A DNA stretch of 43,744 bases from a virus: IMG/VR virus record IMGVR_UViG_3300045988_125155. One strand, 5' to 3'. The notes under the pieces are model-generated. The model was given only the letters and a program-made list of their open reading frames with translations. It was not told the origin of the DNA and searched no databases. Of this stretch, positions 1-7,307 are shown in pieces; the first letter of the stretch is position 1; every line of letters begins with the position of its first letter. The translations under genes were made by a program, and so were the position numbers.

Positions 1-177
1 CGAGCCTGTAGCAGATGCCGCGCCCTGCGAGCCTGTAGCAGATGCCGCGCCCTGCCAGCCTGTAGCATATGCCGCGCCCTGCAAGCCTGTAGCAGATGCC
101 GCGCCATGCGAGCCTGTAGCAGATGCCGCGCCCTGCGAGCCTGTAGCATATGCCGCGCCCCGCCAGCCTGTAGCATG
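1..177. repeat. 27-bp tandem repeat array, about 6.5 units of gcctgtagcagatgccgcgccctgcga
   Basis: Units at 4-30, 31-57, 58-84, 85-111, 112-138 and 139-165, plus a partial unit at 166-177. Each unit has 0-3 substitutions. On the minus strand it reads in frame as GAA(S/Y)ATG(S/L/W)(Q/H/R). Confidence 0.9.
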
Positions 178-507
178 TTCGGAGTTTTCCGGGATGGCTT
201 TCTCCATCGTGTACTCAACGGCAGCCTTTACAAGCCCAGCAATGCCGATTTCTGCTTTCACAGCAATCTTTTTGCCGCAGCGCTTGCTATCTTCGTTGCT
301 TTTTTTATCGCTCACATCGTCCAAATCCACCTCACAGTAGCGGCTCATGTCGCCGGGGGCGTAGTATTCAAATACATCCAACGGGTACTCGCAGGCGTGG
401 AAGCCTTTCTCGCACAGTTCAGCGGTAGGTTCCTCGTAGGTCTTGCCGATTTCGTACTGGAAATCACGGCATTTGAGATCTTTGTCAAAGCCTTTATACA
501 TTTTCAT
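1..507 (-). CDS. N-terminal part of a junction-wrapping phage protein: conserved N-domain followed by 9-aa tandem repeats. I recall the family as DUF7666-like (name unverified). Continues at 43744.
   Basis: ATG at 507 lies about 9 nt after GGAGGA. The frame is open down to nt 1 (169 codons). Hand translation: [69 protein letters not shown]...[23 protein letters not shown]. The ORF track misses it because it is open at the window edge. Confidence 0.75.
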   Translation of the reverse strand, partial: MKMYKGFDKDLKCRDFQYEIGKTYEEPTAELCEKGFHACEYPLDVFEYYAPGDMSRYCEVDLDDVSDKKSNEDSKRCGKKIAVKAEIGIAGLVKAAVEYTMEKAIPENSEHATGWRGAAYATGSQGAASATGSHGAASATGLQGAAYATGWQGAASATGSQGAASATGS

Positions 508-673
508 GAACGTTTTCCTCCTTCTTAAGAATCAGCCCGCACAGGGCGTTGAGCGCCAGCGTAGAGCCGACGATGGTGGGGATGTTGAGAGAACCGAGCG
601 CAGCCAGCAGCAGCACCAAATCTGCGGTGATTGCCAGCTTGACGGCGGCGCGTTTCAGTGATACAATGTTCAT
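494..673 (-). CDS. small hydrophobic (membrane) protein, 59 aa
   Basis: Uses the internal ATG at 673 of track ORF 494..766: [49 protein letters not shown]. The RBS is weak (AAAGGAA). The 3' end overlaps the next gene start. Confidence 0.5.
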   Translation of the reverse strand: MNIVSLKRAAVKLAITADLVLLLAALGSLNIPTIVGSTLALNALCGLILKKEENVHENV

Positions 674-737
674 GTAATACTTTTCCTTTCTGTTCTTGCC
701 GCGTCGGTGCGCCAACACCGACGCGGCGTTTTTTTGT

Positions 738-935
738 TCAGCATAAAAGGCTTGCGATCTGCTCACAGGTCAAATTGCGGATGCTGCCATAGTGCATCCA
801 TACCCAGCCGCGGGAGCGACCAAGAATCTTTGCGACCTTTCCAGGGCCGAAAAGAATCTCACCGGGGTAAAGCTCGGCAGCGCGGGCGCGGACGGTGACA
901 AGGGTGTCACGGTAGAGGGGTTTTTCACGGGGCAT
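738..935 (-). CDS. small DNA-binding-like protein, 65 aa (excisionase/AlpA-type HTH is a guess)
   Basis: ATG 935 is preceded by AAGGAGG. The segment VAKILGRSRGWVWMHYG looks like a short HTH. Confidence 0.55.
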   Translation of the reverse strand: MPREKPLYRDTLVTVRARAAELYPGEILFGPGKVAKILGRSRGWVWMHYGSIRNLTCEQIASLLC

Positions 936-947
936 GGGGAACCTCCT

Positions 948-976
948 TGCGGGTTGTATCCTGACCGCTGTATAAT
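948..976 (+). promoter_or_regulatory. candidate sigma-A promoter for the 998 ORF
   Basis: TTGCGG (948-953), 17-nt spacer, TATAAT (971-976). Confidence 0.35.
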
Positions 977-997
977 GGAGCGGGAGGAGGTGAAAAG

Positions 998-1159
998 ATG
1001 GATGTCGGAAATCTGCGGAACGCTGTAAACAATTTTGCGTGTGATGCCAAAGCGCGGAAAGCGGACGGCGAACCTGTAACGGCAGGGGAGCTGAACACAG
1101 CGATTGACGAGGCTGTAAAGTTGTTTAGAAAGCTGGTTGAACAGCTGGAAAAGAACTAG
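998..1159 (+). CDS. hypothetical 53-aa protein, antisense-oriented inside the leftward early operon
   Basis: ATG 998 with GGAGGAGGTG about 7 nt upstream; stop TAG at 1157-1159. Sequence: MDVGNLRNAVNNFACDAKARKADGEPVTAGELNTAIDEAVKLFRKLVEQLEKN. Below the track length cutoff. Confidence 0.4.
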   Translation: MDVGNLRNAVNNFACDAKARKADGEPVTAGELNTAIDEAVKLFRKLVEQLEKN

Positions 1160-1308
1160 CTGTCTTCTTCGCTGTACCGGATTTCGTTGCAGATGGAGAC
1201 CATCAGGGAAATGTGCTTGTCCAGCTGGTCACCCTCTGCGGTTTCGCTCTTTTTGGCGAGCAGTTCCAGCTGCTTGTCAAGAAGGGCGATTCTTTCTTGT
1301 GGGGTCAT
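1156..1308 (-). CDS. hypothetical 50-aa protein
   Basis: ATG 1308 with an AAAGGAG RBS. Sequence: MTPQERIALLDKQLELLAKKSETAEGDQLDKHISLMVSICNEIRYSEEDS. Its stop shares CTAG 1156-1159 with the convergent 998 ORF. Confidence 0.5.
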   Translation of the reverse strand: MTPQERIALLDKQLELLAKKSETAEGDQLDKHISLMVSICNEIRYSEEDS

Positions 1309-1313
1309 GTGGG

Positions 1314-1508
1314 TTACTCCTTTCTTTCTCGGATAAGCGCATCAAGAGCCGCTTTTACACGGCGTTCCGCGTCTTTAGGTTTTCTAATTCCGCTCAATAA
1401 TTTGCTCATGTATTCAGGGGAACAACCAAAAGACGCTGCCAACTCTCGAATCTCAAATCCATAGACATGCAACTTACCAACGACTTCACCTGTCCATTTC
1501 GGTTTCAA
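1314..1508 (-). CDS. Cro-like small HTH regulator, first gene of the leftward early operon
   Basis: TTG start at 1508 with AGGAGG 7 nt upstream. HTH-like segment IRELAASFGCSPEYMSKLLSG. Divergent from the repressor-like gene at 1750. Confidence 0.65.
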   Translation of the reverse strand: MKPKWTGEVVGKLHVYGFEIRELAASFGCSPEYMSKLLSGIRKPKDAERRVKAALDALIRERKE

Positions 1509-1749
1509 GAAAAAACCTCCTTTCTTTGTACAAGCACTTGAACTTTTACCGTTTGTATGCTATTATGGTGTTGCGAAATACTATAAAGTGCCAAACGGCC
1601 GAGCTTTCTATGTTGTACTTTAGCGTTTCTAAAGTTCTGCTCGGTGAACTTTACTAATACAGTATAGTACAAGTGACAGAACTTTTCAAGTGCTTTTAGT
1701 TCAACTGACAGAACTTTGTCGTTTTGCACAAATAGGATGGTGACTATTT
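1509..1749. promoter_or_regulatory. lysis/lysogeny switch region with repeated operator-like motifs
   Basis: AT-rich divergent intergenic region. The 20-mers at 1528-1547 and 1667-1686 share GTACAAG...GAACTTTT. TGACAGAACTTT occurs at 1674-1685 and 1706-1717. An inverted CAGAACTTT lies at 1631-1639. AAGCACTTGAA (1532-1542) is inverted at 1685-1695. Confidence 0.6.
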
Positions 1750-2121
1750 GTGTTTTATCCTAGATTTGTACAGTTGTGCGAACAAAAAGATGTAAAAAAG
1801 ACACGCGCACTACTTGATGCAGGACTGCCAAAATCAGCGGCAAAATATTGGGAAGAGGCATATAACAAAGGCATTGACAGCAAACCTACTACGCAAAACG
1901 CCGTTAAACTTGCTAATTACTTCGGCGTAACCGTTGACTACCTTTTAAACGCAGAAAAAGAAAACGCCCCCGGCAGTGATGCCGAGAGCGAGATTGAAAA
2001 AGCGCTGGCGCAGGCCACGCCTACGCAGCGGGAACTAATAAGCAGTATTTTGGATATGAATGAGAATCAGCTCCTTTTTGTAAAGGAGCTGGTGGACAAG
2101 GCAAAAAAGCTGGTGAAGTGA
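1750..2121 (+). CDS. XRE-family HTH protein, CI-like repressor candidate
   Basis: GTG start. NAVKLANYFGVTVDYLL is a typical end of an HTH_3 domain. It sits opposite the Cro-like gene at the head of the lysogeny module. Confidence 0.7.
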   Translation: MFYPRFVQLCEQKDVKKTRALLDAGLPKSAAKYWEEAYNKGIDSKPTTQNAVKLANYFGVTVDYLLNAEKENAPGSDAESEIEKALAQATPTQRELISSILDMNENQLLFVKELVDKAKKLVK

Positions 2122-2486
2122 TGGACACAAATACATTTATGTCTGCTGCGGCACTAGCGGTATCTTTTATTGCTGCGGTAGGGCCGACAACATGGGCAAT
2201 TATCCGCTATTATAAAGACAAGCGAGTGGAGTACGCAAGAAAAGCAGCAGACATTTATTATAAGGCGTTGACAAAGGCAAATTGCTTAGATGTACCACTC
2301 GACAGCCAAGAGCTTACCTATGCGTCTTTGATGCTGGAAGCTGCTATTGGGCATAAAGATGAAATAGATATTGCAAAAATGGCTATCATAAAATACAGAG
2401 CTGCCCCGACAGGCGAAATGCGCGACAAAAAGGCAAAAGCCGTTGGGGATCTGCTTGCTGTAATAGGCGAAGCCATTAAGAGCTGA
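2118..2486 (+). CDS. hypothetical membrane-anchored protein, 122 aa
   Basis: ATGA overlap with the repressor gene. N-terminal hydrophobic helix SAAALAVSFIAAVGPTTWAII. Confidence 0.6.
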   Translation: MMDTNTFMSAAALAVSFIAAVGPTTWAIIRYYKDKRVEYARKAADIYYKALTKANCLDVPLDSQELTYASLMLEAAIGHKDEIDIAKMAIIKYRAAPTGEMRDKKAKAVGDLLAVIGEAIKS

Positions 2487-2700
2487 GAAACCAGAAGGCC
2501 ACACAGCCGATGGGGTAGACAATAAGCCACAGAACCAAATACACAAACGGAATATAGTAAAAGAATGTGTGCTTACCATTTTGCCAATCTCGGAGCACTT
2601 CATCGACAAGCCACGAAAACGGAAACACGATGCTGCAAATTGCGCCGAGAATGGCGGAAAGCATAAAGGCAAAAAGCACATAATCATGCAGTGAAAGCAT
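2476..2700 (-). CDS. small integral membrane protein, 74 aa
   Basis: AAAAGGAG RBS. Two to three hydrophobic spans (LFAFMLSAILGAICSIVFPF, YYIPFVYLVLWLIVYPIGCVAFWFL). Confidence 0.6.
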   Translation of the reverse strand: MLSLHDYVLFAFMLSAILGAICSIVFPFSWLVDEVLRDWQNGKHTFFYYIPFVYLVLWLIVYPIGCVAFWFLSS

Positions 2701-2803
2701 TGCTGTTTTCTCCTTTTAAGTTGTTAAGTATGTATTCGAGTTGTTTGTCAGTCAATTTCATTATATCACGAATCAGCGATAATTTCAACTCTGCATTTTC
2801 CAT
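2684..2803 (-). CDS. hypothetical 39-aa peptide
   Basis: ATG 2803 follows GAGGAGG. Sequence: MENAELKLSLIRDIMKLTDKQLEYILNNLKGENSNAFTA. Below the track cutoff. It overlaps the start of 2476..2700. Confidence 0.35.
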   Translation of the reverse strand: MENAELKLSLIRDIMKLTDKQLEYILNNLKGENSNAFTA

Positions 2804-3092
2804 AATCCAATTTCCTCCTCAAATGACTAATACAACTATAGCACAACCTGCGGTTGTATTCCATTGACATATTAAACAAATCGGTTGTCAATATTTTGTG
2901 GTACGAATTATCGGACGCTTTCTCTTTCTGGTTCTGCCGTGATGGGCGTGCGGCGGCTCTGGCACTTTGCACATATCGTAGCTCCTTTTGTTAAAAGTGT
3001 ACTACGCTCACAATAGGCTTTTTGTCAAACCGTGTAAATAACCAGAAAAGAAAATGCGATACATGACGGAATATATCAGCTTACGGGGGTGA

Positions 3093-3515
3093 ATGGGCTT
3101 GGATGCGTCGTACATAAAAACGCTGATGGAGCGAGAAAATATCACGCAAGCAGAACTTGCGAGATTGACTGACATACCGCAGGGGACATTATCGAGAATT
3201 TTAAACGGCACAACAGACTGCCCGACATTTGCCAATGTTACGGCCATTGTAAAAGCGCTGCATGGGAGTCTTGATGTGATGGCCGGAATCGTAGACGAGC
3301 CGAACGACAAGCCGATGACGATGACCGAACGGGAGCTATACGAGAAACTGATCGCAGACAAGGAACGGCAGCTGCGCAGTATAAACGGCATATTGGAACA
3401 GAAACAACAATGGATGCGGAAGCTGTGGCGACTGCTGATCGTGATGATAGCAGTTGTCGGCGTGATGCTGGTGCTTGATGTTTCGATTGGGTCGGTTGGA
3501 TTTGTGAGGTACTAA
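3093..3515 (+). CDS. membrane-tethered XRE-family HTH protein
   Basis: ITQAELARLTDIPQGTLSRILNG is an XRE-type HTH. The C-terminal LWRLLIVMIAVVGVMLVLDVSIG is a TM helix. Confidence 0.7.
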   Translation: MGLDASYIKTLMERENITQAELARLTDIPQGTLSRILNGTTDCPTFANVTAIVKALHGSLDVMAGIVDEPNDKPMTMTERELYEKLIADKERQLRSINGILEQKQQWMRKLWRLLIVMIAVVGVMLVLDVSIGSVGFVRY

Positions 3516-3519
3516 AAAC

Positions 3520-4164
3520 ATGAAAAAGAGGGAATATCGGCATGGATTAAATAAATACAAACTAACAAGAGATTATATCAAAATGGCTTGTATAAGTGTG
3601 CTTTGCATCCTTGCCGTGCTTTTAGCTTTATCCGCGTTTTTATACCTCATAATGGAAGATGGGGAGAAAACATTAGACGGATATACGAAAATGCTATTTA
3701 ATGTTTATGTGTTTACATTTGGCCCTGCATATACGCTTGCGCTGCCGTTTCTTTGTGCAGAAGCAAATATGCGATGCCCAGAAACGAAGTGTTGGGGAAG
3801 TTTCAACGCTGATGGATTTGTCGCATTTGTATTTATATGGGGAGCCTTTCTTATTGGGTGTTTCAAAATTAAGGATGAATGGGCTTGGCTTTTATTTTTA
3901 ATTATAGCTGTTGTGGCATCGGATAAATTTTTGGAGCATAGCGCAAATTTATATGATTTAGTAGAATACATTGAAGCCGTGAGTATCGCAACAGGAGAGA
4001 GACTGAAATACAATCCCAATAGTACCAACGAACAAACGATATATCAGCTAGATAGTATTGTTAGGAGACGCAAAGATATTGACCCGGATTTTGAGCCTAT
4101 TTATCTTCAAGATTTAGAGGGCAAGGCTTATGAGGAAGCTAAAGCCAAACTACGAGTAAAATAA
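3520..4164 (+). CDS. polytopic membrane protein, 214 aa, unknown function (cargo)
   Basis: Four to five hydrophobic spans followed by a charged tail. By eye, its GC is far below the rest of the window. Confidence 0.7.
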   Translation: MKKREYRHGLNKYKLTRDYIKMACISVLCILAVLLALSAFLYLIMEDGEKTLDGYTKMLFNVYVFTFGPAYTLALPFLCAEANMRCPETKCWGSFNADGFVAFVFIWGAFLIGCFKIKDEWAWLLFLIIAVVASDKFLEHSANLYDLVEYIEAVSIATGERLKYNPNSTNEQTIYQLDSIVRRRKDIDPDFEPIYLQDLEGKAYEEAKAKLRVK

Positions 4165-4169
4165 AAAAG

Positions 4170-4200
4170 CCCCTGCCGGTGGGTCGAGCACCGGCAAGGG
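4170..4200. terminator. GC-rich hairpin between the cargo gene and int
   Basis: Stem CCCTGCCGGTG / CACCGGCAAGGG. The A-run lies on its left side, so the U-tail exists only for minus-strand reading. Confidence 0.4.
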
Positions 4201-4262
4201 CAAAGGGTGTCAGCGTTAAGCTGGCATCTTTTAGTATATAGCGATTTTAGGAGGGTGTCAAC

Positions 4263-5378
4263 ATGGCAAGAGCAAAAGCGCGGGCCGATGGGCTGATTGA
4301 ACGAACAAAAACCTATGACGGCAAGCGGGTACACTTTTACGGCAAGACCGCGAAAGAGGTCGCCGCAAAAATTGACGAGTACGAACGCCAGCGGGAGGCA
4401 GCGAAAGAGAACGGCCCGCTGTTTGAGGATGTGGCCTGTGAATGGTGGGAGACCCATTCAAAAAATATCAAGACCGGTGCGGAAAGAGCCTACAAGGGAA
4501 GCTACAAGGCAGCGCTGGAAGAGTTTAGCGGGTATCGCATGAAAGAGATAACGCCCGCGCTGGTGTCGCTGTGGGGAGAAAAATTCAAGGCCGCAGGGTA
4601 TGCAGGGAAGACGGCAAGCAACGCCCGGAGCGTGTTGTCTTGTGTATTCAAGTTTTGGTGCATTAGGGATGGGGAGACGTACAACCCAGTGACGGTGACA
4701 GACCTGCCGCGAGGGATGAAGAAAGAGCGCCGGGAGCCGCCGACGGAGGAGCAGCTGGAGATCGTCAAGGCGCACCCGGAGGGGTTCGGGCTGTGTGCCT
4801 GGCTGTTCATGTACACCGGTTGCCGATTGGGCGAAGTGCTGGCGCTGCAATGGGGGGATGTGGATTTTGAGAACGGCAGAATCAGCATAAGCAAAGAAGT
4901 GGCTTGGGTGCATAATCAGCCGATAGTGCAGATGCCAAAGACAGCAAGCGGCGTGCGTTCCGTTCTTCTGCTGTCGCCGCTGCGGAGCGTGCTGGAGCCG
5001 CTGCGCGGAGCGGATAGTGATTATATACTGGGCGGCGAAAAGCCGCTGACAGGCACAGCATATCAGCGCAGATGGGCTTACTACTGCAAGGACGTGGGCA
5101 TGGCACATTATACCGTGCAGGCGCGGAAGAACAAGCACCGGGGCAAGGTGTACGAAACCGCGGTGAAGGTTTGGAAGGCAGATGTCACGGCGCACCAATT
5201 CCGGCACGAATACGCATCTATGCTGTATGAAGCTGGAATAGGCGAGTTGGAAGCGCAACGCCTGATGGGGCATTCTGACATTACGACAACACGGCGTGTA
5301 TATACACATATACGGGAACGCCAGCTCGATACAGCGGGCGCGGCACTGGAAAAATTTATAAGCGATAAAACGATATAA
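4263..5378 (+). CDS. int: tyrosine integrase
   Basis: The C-terminus AHQFRHEYASMLYEAGIGELEAQRLMGHSDITTTRRVYTHI matches the tyrosine-recombinase catalytic region. attP lies immediately downstream. Confidence 0.9.
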   Translation: MARAKARADGLIERTKTYDGKRVHFYGKTAKEVAAKIDEYERQREAAKENGPLFEDVACEWWETHSKNIKTGAERAYKGSYKAALEEFSGYRMKEITPALVSLWGEKFKAAGYAGKTASNARSVLSCVFKFWCIRDGETYNPVTVTDLPRGMKKERREPPTEEQLEIVKAHPEGFGLCAWLFMYTGCRLGEVLALQWGDVDFENGRISISKEVAWVHNQPIVQMPKTASGVRSVLLLSPLRSVLEPLRGADSDYILGGEKPLTGTAYQRRWAYYCKDVGMAHYTVQARKNKHRGKVYETAVKVWKADVTAHQFRHEYASMLYEAGIGELEAQRLMGHSDITTTRRVYTHIRERQLDTAGAALEKFISDKTI

Positions 5379-5382
5379 TTGA

Positions 5383-5416
5383 AGCCCGGTTTCGTGAGAA
5401 ATCGGGCTGCTTTTTT
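5383..5416 (+). terminator. intrinsic terminator after int
   Basis: 10-bp stem AGCCCGGTTT / AAATCGGGCT followed by a T6 run. Confidence 0.7.
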
Positions 5417-5472
5417 ACGACGTTTTTACGACGGCTTGCGAAAATAAAAGCGTTTACGACGCATTTACGACG
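5414..5472 (+). repeat. four direct TTTACGACG repeats (candidate integrase arm-type sites, P arm)
   Basis: Copies end at 5422, 5433, 5461 and 5472, all in the same orientation. Confidence 0.6.
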
Positions 5473-5490
5473 CGAAAAACAACGTATTTG

Positions 5491-5520
5491 AACATGTAAA
5501 AACATTGAAAAACATAGAAA
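5491..5520 (+). repeat. three 10-bp phased repeats AACATnnAAA
   Basis: aacatgtaaa, aacattgaaa and aacatagaaa are contiguous, giving helical-phase A-tracts. These could be a bend or IHF-like site. Confidence 0.6.
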
Positions 5521-5562
5521 AAGAGCGTATCTACGTTTGCGATTCGTAGATACGCTCTTTTT
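5518..5562. terminator. bidirectional intrinsic terminator next to the att core
   Basis: Perfect 18-bp stem AAAAAGAGCGTATCTACG / CGTAGATACGCTCTTTTT with a 9-nt loop. Confidence 0.7.
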
Positions 5563-5566
5563 GATT

Positions 5567-5594
5567 TGGTGCGGCTAACAGGACTTGAACCTGT
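5567..5594 (-). other. attP core: 28-nt tRNA 3' end (T-arm, acceptor 3' strand and CCA)
   Basis: The minus strand reads ACAGG-TTCAAGT-CCTGT-TAGCCGC-A-CCA. No matching 5' acceptor strand (GCGGCTA) exists upstream, so this is a fragment rather than a gene. Confidence 0.65.
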
Positions 5595-5630
5595 TTAAAT
5601 GTTCGATGTATCGTTGATAATACGGTTTTA

Positions 5631-5648
5631 TACGACACAAATACGACG
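5631..5648 (+). repeat. two more TACGAC(G) repeats on the other side of the core (P' arm candidates)
   Basis: TACGAC at 5631-5636 and TACGACG at 5642-5648, in the same orientation as the P-arm copies. Confidence 0.5.
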
Positions 5649-5650
5649 CC

Positions 5651-5950
5651 TCAAACGAATAAATCAACGATGGCTTGCAGCTGGTCGGGGTCACGGTCAT
5701 CGTTGTCGATGGCGAGCTGCAAAAGCTGCGTAAAGCTGTCGGCGAAGTGCTGGGCGGCGTAGTCGAAAATGTCTGCCGGGTCTTGATGGAAGGCCCACGA
5801 AACATCAATACCGCCGTTGGCATTGTCGCAGGATTCCTGCCAGCCGTGGCCGTTTGTGGTGATGTAGGGCTTGCGGGGGTCAAGCTCTGACCAGTCGGCA
5901 GAACAGCGGGCAAAATCGTTGCAGTCGTTGAGATAGGCGTAGTAAGTCAT
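5651..5950 (-). CDS. small highly acidic protein, 99 aa (DNA-mimic or anti-restriction candidate)
   Basis: ATG 5950 follows AGGAGG. By hand count it has 16 D and 2 E against 4 K/R. It is the last gene before attP. Confidence 0.7.
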   Translation of the reverse strand: MTYYAYLNDCNDFARCSADWSELDPRKPYITTNGHGWQESCDNANGGIDVSWAFHQDPADIFDYAAQHFADSFTQLLQLAIDNDDRDPDQLQAIVDLFV

Positions 5951-5981
5951 GTTTTAAACCTCCTATTTTTCATATATATTT

Positions 5982-6010
5982 ATTGTAGCACGGTGCGGGC
6001 CGATATTCAA
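5982..6010 (-). promoter_or_regulatory. sigma-A-like promoter for the acidic protein gene
   Basis: On the minus strand: TTGAAT (6010-6005), 17-nt spacer, TACAAT (5987-5982), with TG one nt upstream of the -10 (extended -10). Confidence 0.5.
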
Positions 6011-6189
6011 TCGTAGATTTCATTGAACCAGAGCGGGCCGAAGCGGTAGGAAATCACGTAAGACGGATGCAGGCGGGCGCTGTCGGAGGCGGAAACCAGG
6101 CGAGCGCTCAACATGGTGGCACGGCATCCGGCGGCGAAAGATGCCGCCAGCGCGGTGGCGATGATGGTGGATAGAATAAATTTCTTCAT
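6007..6189 (-). CDS. small secreted protein or possible lipoprotein, 60 aa
   Basis: Uses the internal ATG at 6189 with an AAGGAG RBS. MKKFILSTIIATALAASFAAGC is a signal peptide with a lipobox-like AAGC. Confidence 0.55.
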   Translation of the reverse strand: MKKFILSTIIATALAASFAAGCRATMLSARLVSASDSARLHPSYVISYRFGPLWFNEIYD

Positions 6190-6194
6190 GGTGG

Positions 6195-6563
6195 TTACTC
6201 CTTGTTTGCCCGGCGAATGATCTCGGCCAGGATTTTGTGACGGTTGGCAGGCGTGGCGGGAAGCATCCAGTCGAAGTCCATCACCATTCGCGGCTCGGTG
6301 GGGTGGCGTTTCTCGGTGGGGTTGTATCGTCCCCAACATCCGGCGGAGTCGGTGGCATACACGTTAACAGCCCAGTAAGAGGGCAGAGGGGCGGGGGTAT
6401 AGCCTGCCTTGTACCAGATGTTAGGCAGGCTGTGCTTGCTGCCGCCGTTGGTGCAGGCGGTAAACTCCACGCCGATTCGCTCACCGCGTGGTGTGGCGCC
6501 TTCCAGCTCGTACAGGGTGCGAGTGGCGGCGAGGTGGTCGATGTTTTTAATTCCGGTAATCAT
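6195..6563 (-). CDS. hypothetical protein, 122 aa
   Basis: AAAGGAG RBS. Tightly packed in the operon. No domain recognised. Confidence 0.65.
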   Translation of the reverse strand: MITGIKNIDHLAATRTLYELEGATPRGERIGVEFTACTNGGSKHSLPNIWYKAGYTPAPLPSYWAVNVYATDSAGCWGRYNPTEKRHPTEPRMVMDFDWMLPATPANRHKILAEIIRRANKE

Positions 6564-6634
6564 GGGTATTTGCTCCTTTCAGATTTTGGGTTATGGGGCG
6601 GGGCTGCTTTGCGCTGTGCAGCCCCGCGAGAGTT

Positions 6635-7099
6635 TCAGCGGTGGACAAGTCCATAATAGAAGTACTGCAGGCCGTGACGGACAAAAGCCATATATAGCAG
6701 CCCTTGTGCATCGCTGCTGTGCGGTTCGCCCATCAAAAAACCATCATGACCATCGCGGCGCAGATCGCGCGGCAGGCTGTACGGAGGCAGGCAGTTATAA
6801 AAATCGTCATAGATTTCTGCGGTGATAGCCTGACCGGGGCGGGCGTTAAAAACTCCGGTGCGTTCCCAATCCTGCCGGGTGTAGGTGTCGGCGGTGGGCC
6901 GGTCAGCGGCTAGGTCGCAATAGTGGTTGAACATCAGGCGGGCGTCCTCCGGGTCGTGAGTGCGGTAGCACTCGATTTCCAGGCCATCGGGGTACATGGC
7001 CACAACTTCGATATAGCCACATTCGGCGGTGAGGTCTGCCGCGTCTATGATGATCTTGCGGCCCTGCCAGGTGGTTTCGGTGTGGTGTAGGGTTTTCAT
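6635..7099 (-). CDS. hypothetical protein, 154 aa
   Basis: AAAGGAG RBS and protein-like composition. No domain recognised. Confidence 0.7.
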   Translation of the reverse strand: MKTLHHTETTWQGRKIIIDAADLTAECGYIEVVAMYPDGLEIECYRTHDPEDARLMFNHYCDLAADRPTADTYTRQDWERTGVFNARPGQAITAEIYDDFYNCLPPYSLPRDLRRDGHDGFLMGEPHSSDAQGLLYMAFVRHGLQYFYYGLVHR

Positions 7100-7114
7100 G
7101 GTTGTTTGCTCCTT

Positions 7115-7240
7115 TCAGCATTTAGAGGTATCAGTCAAGACGGTTTCACCGTTGATCTTTACGGTGATCGTCTCGATGTTGGTGTTGCGGTCCTGGGTGC
7201 TGCGGTACTCGCACCATTCTAAAATCTGTTCTCTAGTCAT
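7115..7240 (-). CDS. hypothetical 41-aa protein
   Basis: ATG 7240 follows AAAGGAG. Sequence: MTREQILEWCEYRSTQDRNTNIETITVKINGETVLTDTSKC. Below the track cutoff. Confidence 0.4.
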   Translation of the reverse strand: MTREQILEWCEYRSTQDRNTNIETITVKINGETVLTDTSKC

Positions 7241-7307
7241 TGCTTATTGCTCCTTTTCTTTTTTAGTAGCGGGATGCCGTCGCTTTACTGTGCGGCGGCT
7301 CAAGGTA

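Noticed and set aside
1-177. The regular 27-bp repeats might be a CRISPR array.
   Set aside because: The units are contiguous with no spacers. They are in frame within an ORF that has a clear start, RBS and C-terminal domain. No cas genes are present.
1505-1729. 74-aa minus-strand ORF in the switch region.
   Set aside because: It lies entirely in the AT-rich divergent promoter/operator region, has no RBS, and its sequence is low-complexity and improbable.
2766-2972. 68-aa minus-strand ORF.
   Set aside because: It has no RBS and spans a promoter-like intergenic region. The shorter 39-aa ORF with a GAGGAGG RBS is the better candidate.
5567-5650. A complete tRNA gene next to int.
   Set aside because: Only the T-arm, acceptor 3' strand and CCA are present. 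No complementary 5' acceptor strand or D and anticodon arms exist upstream, so it is an att core fragment.
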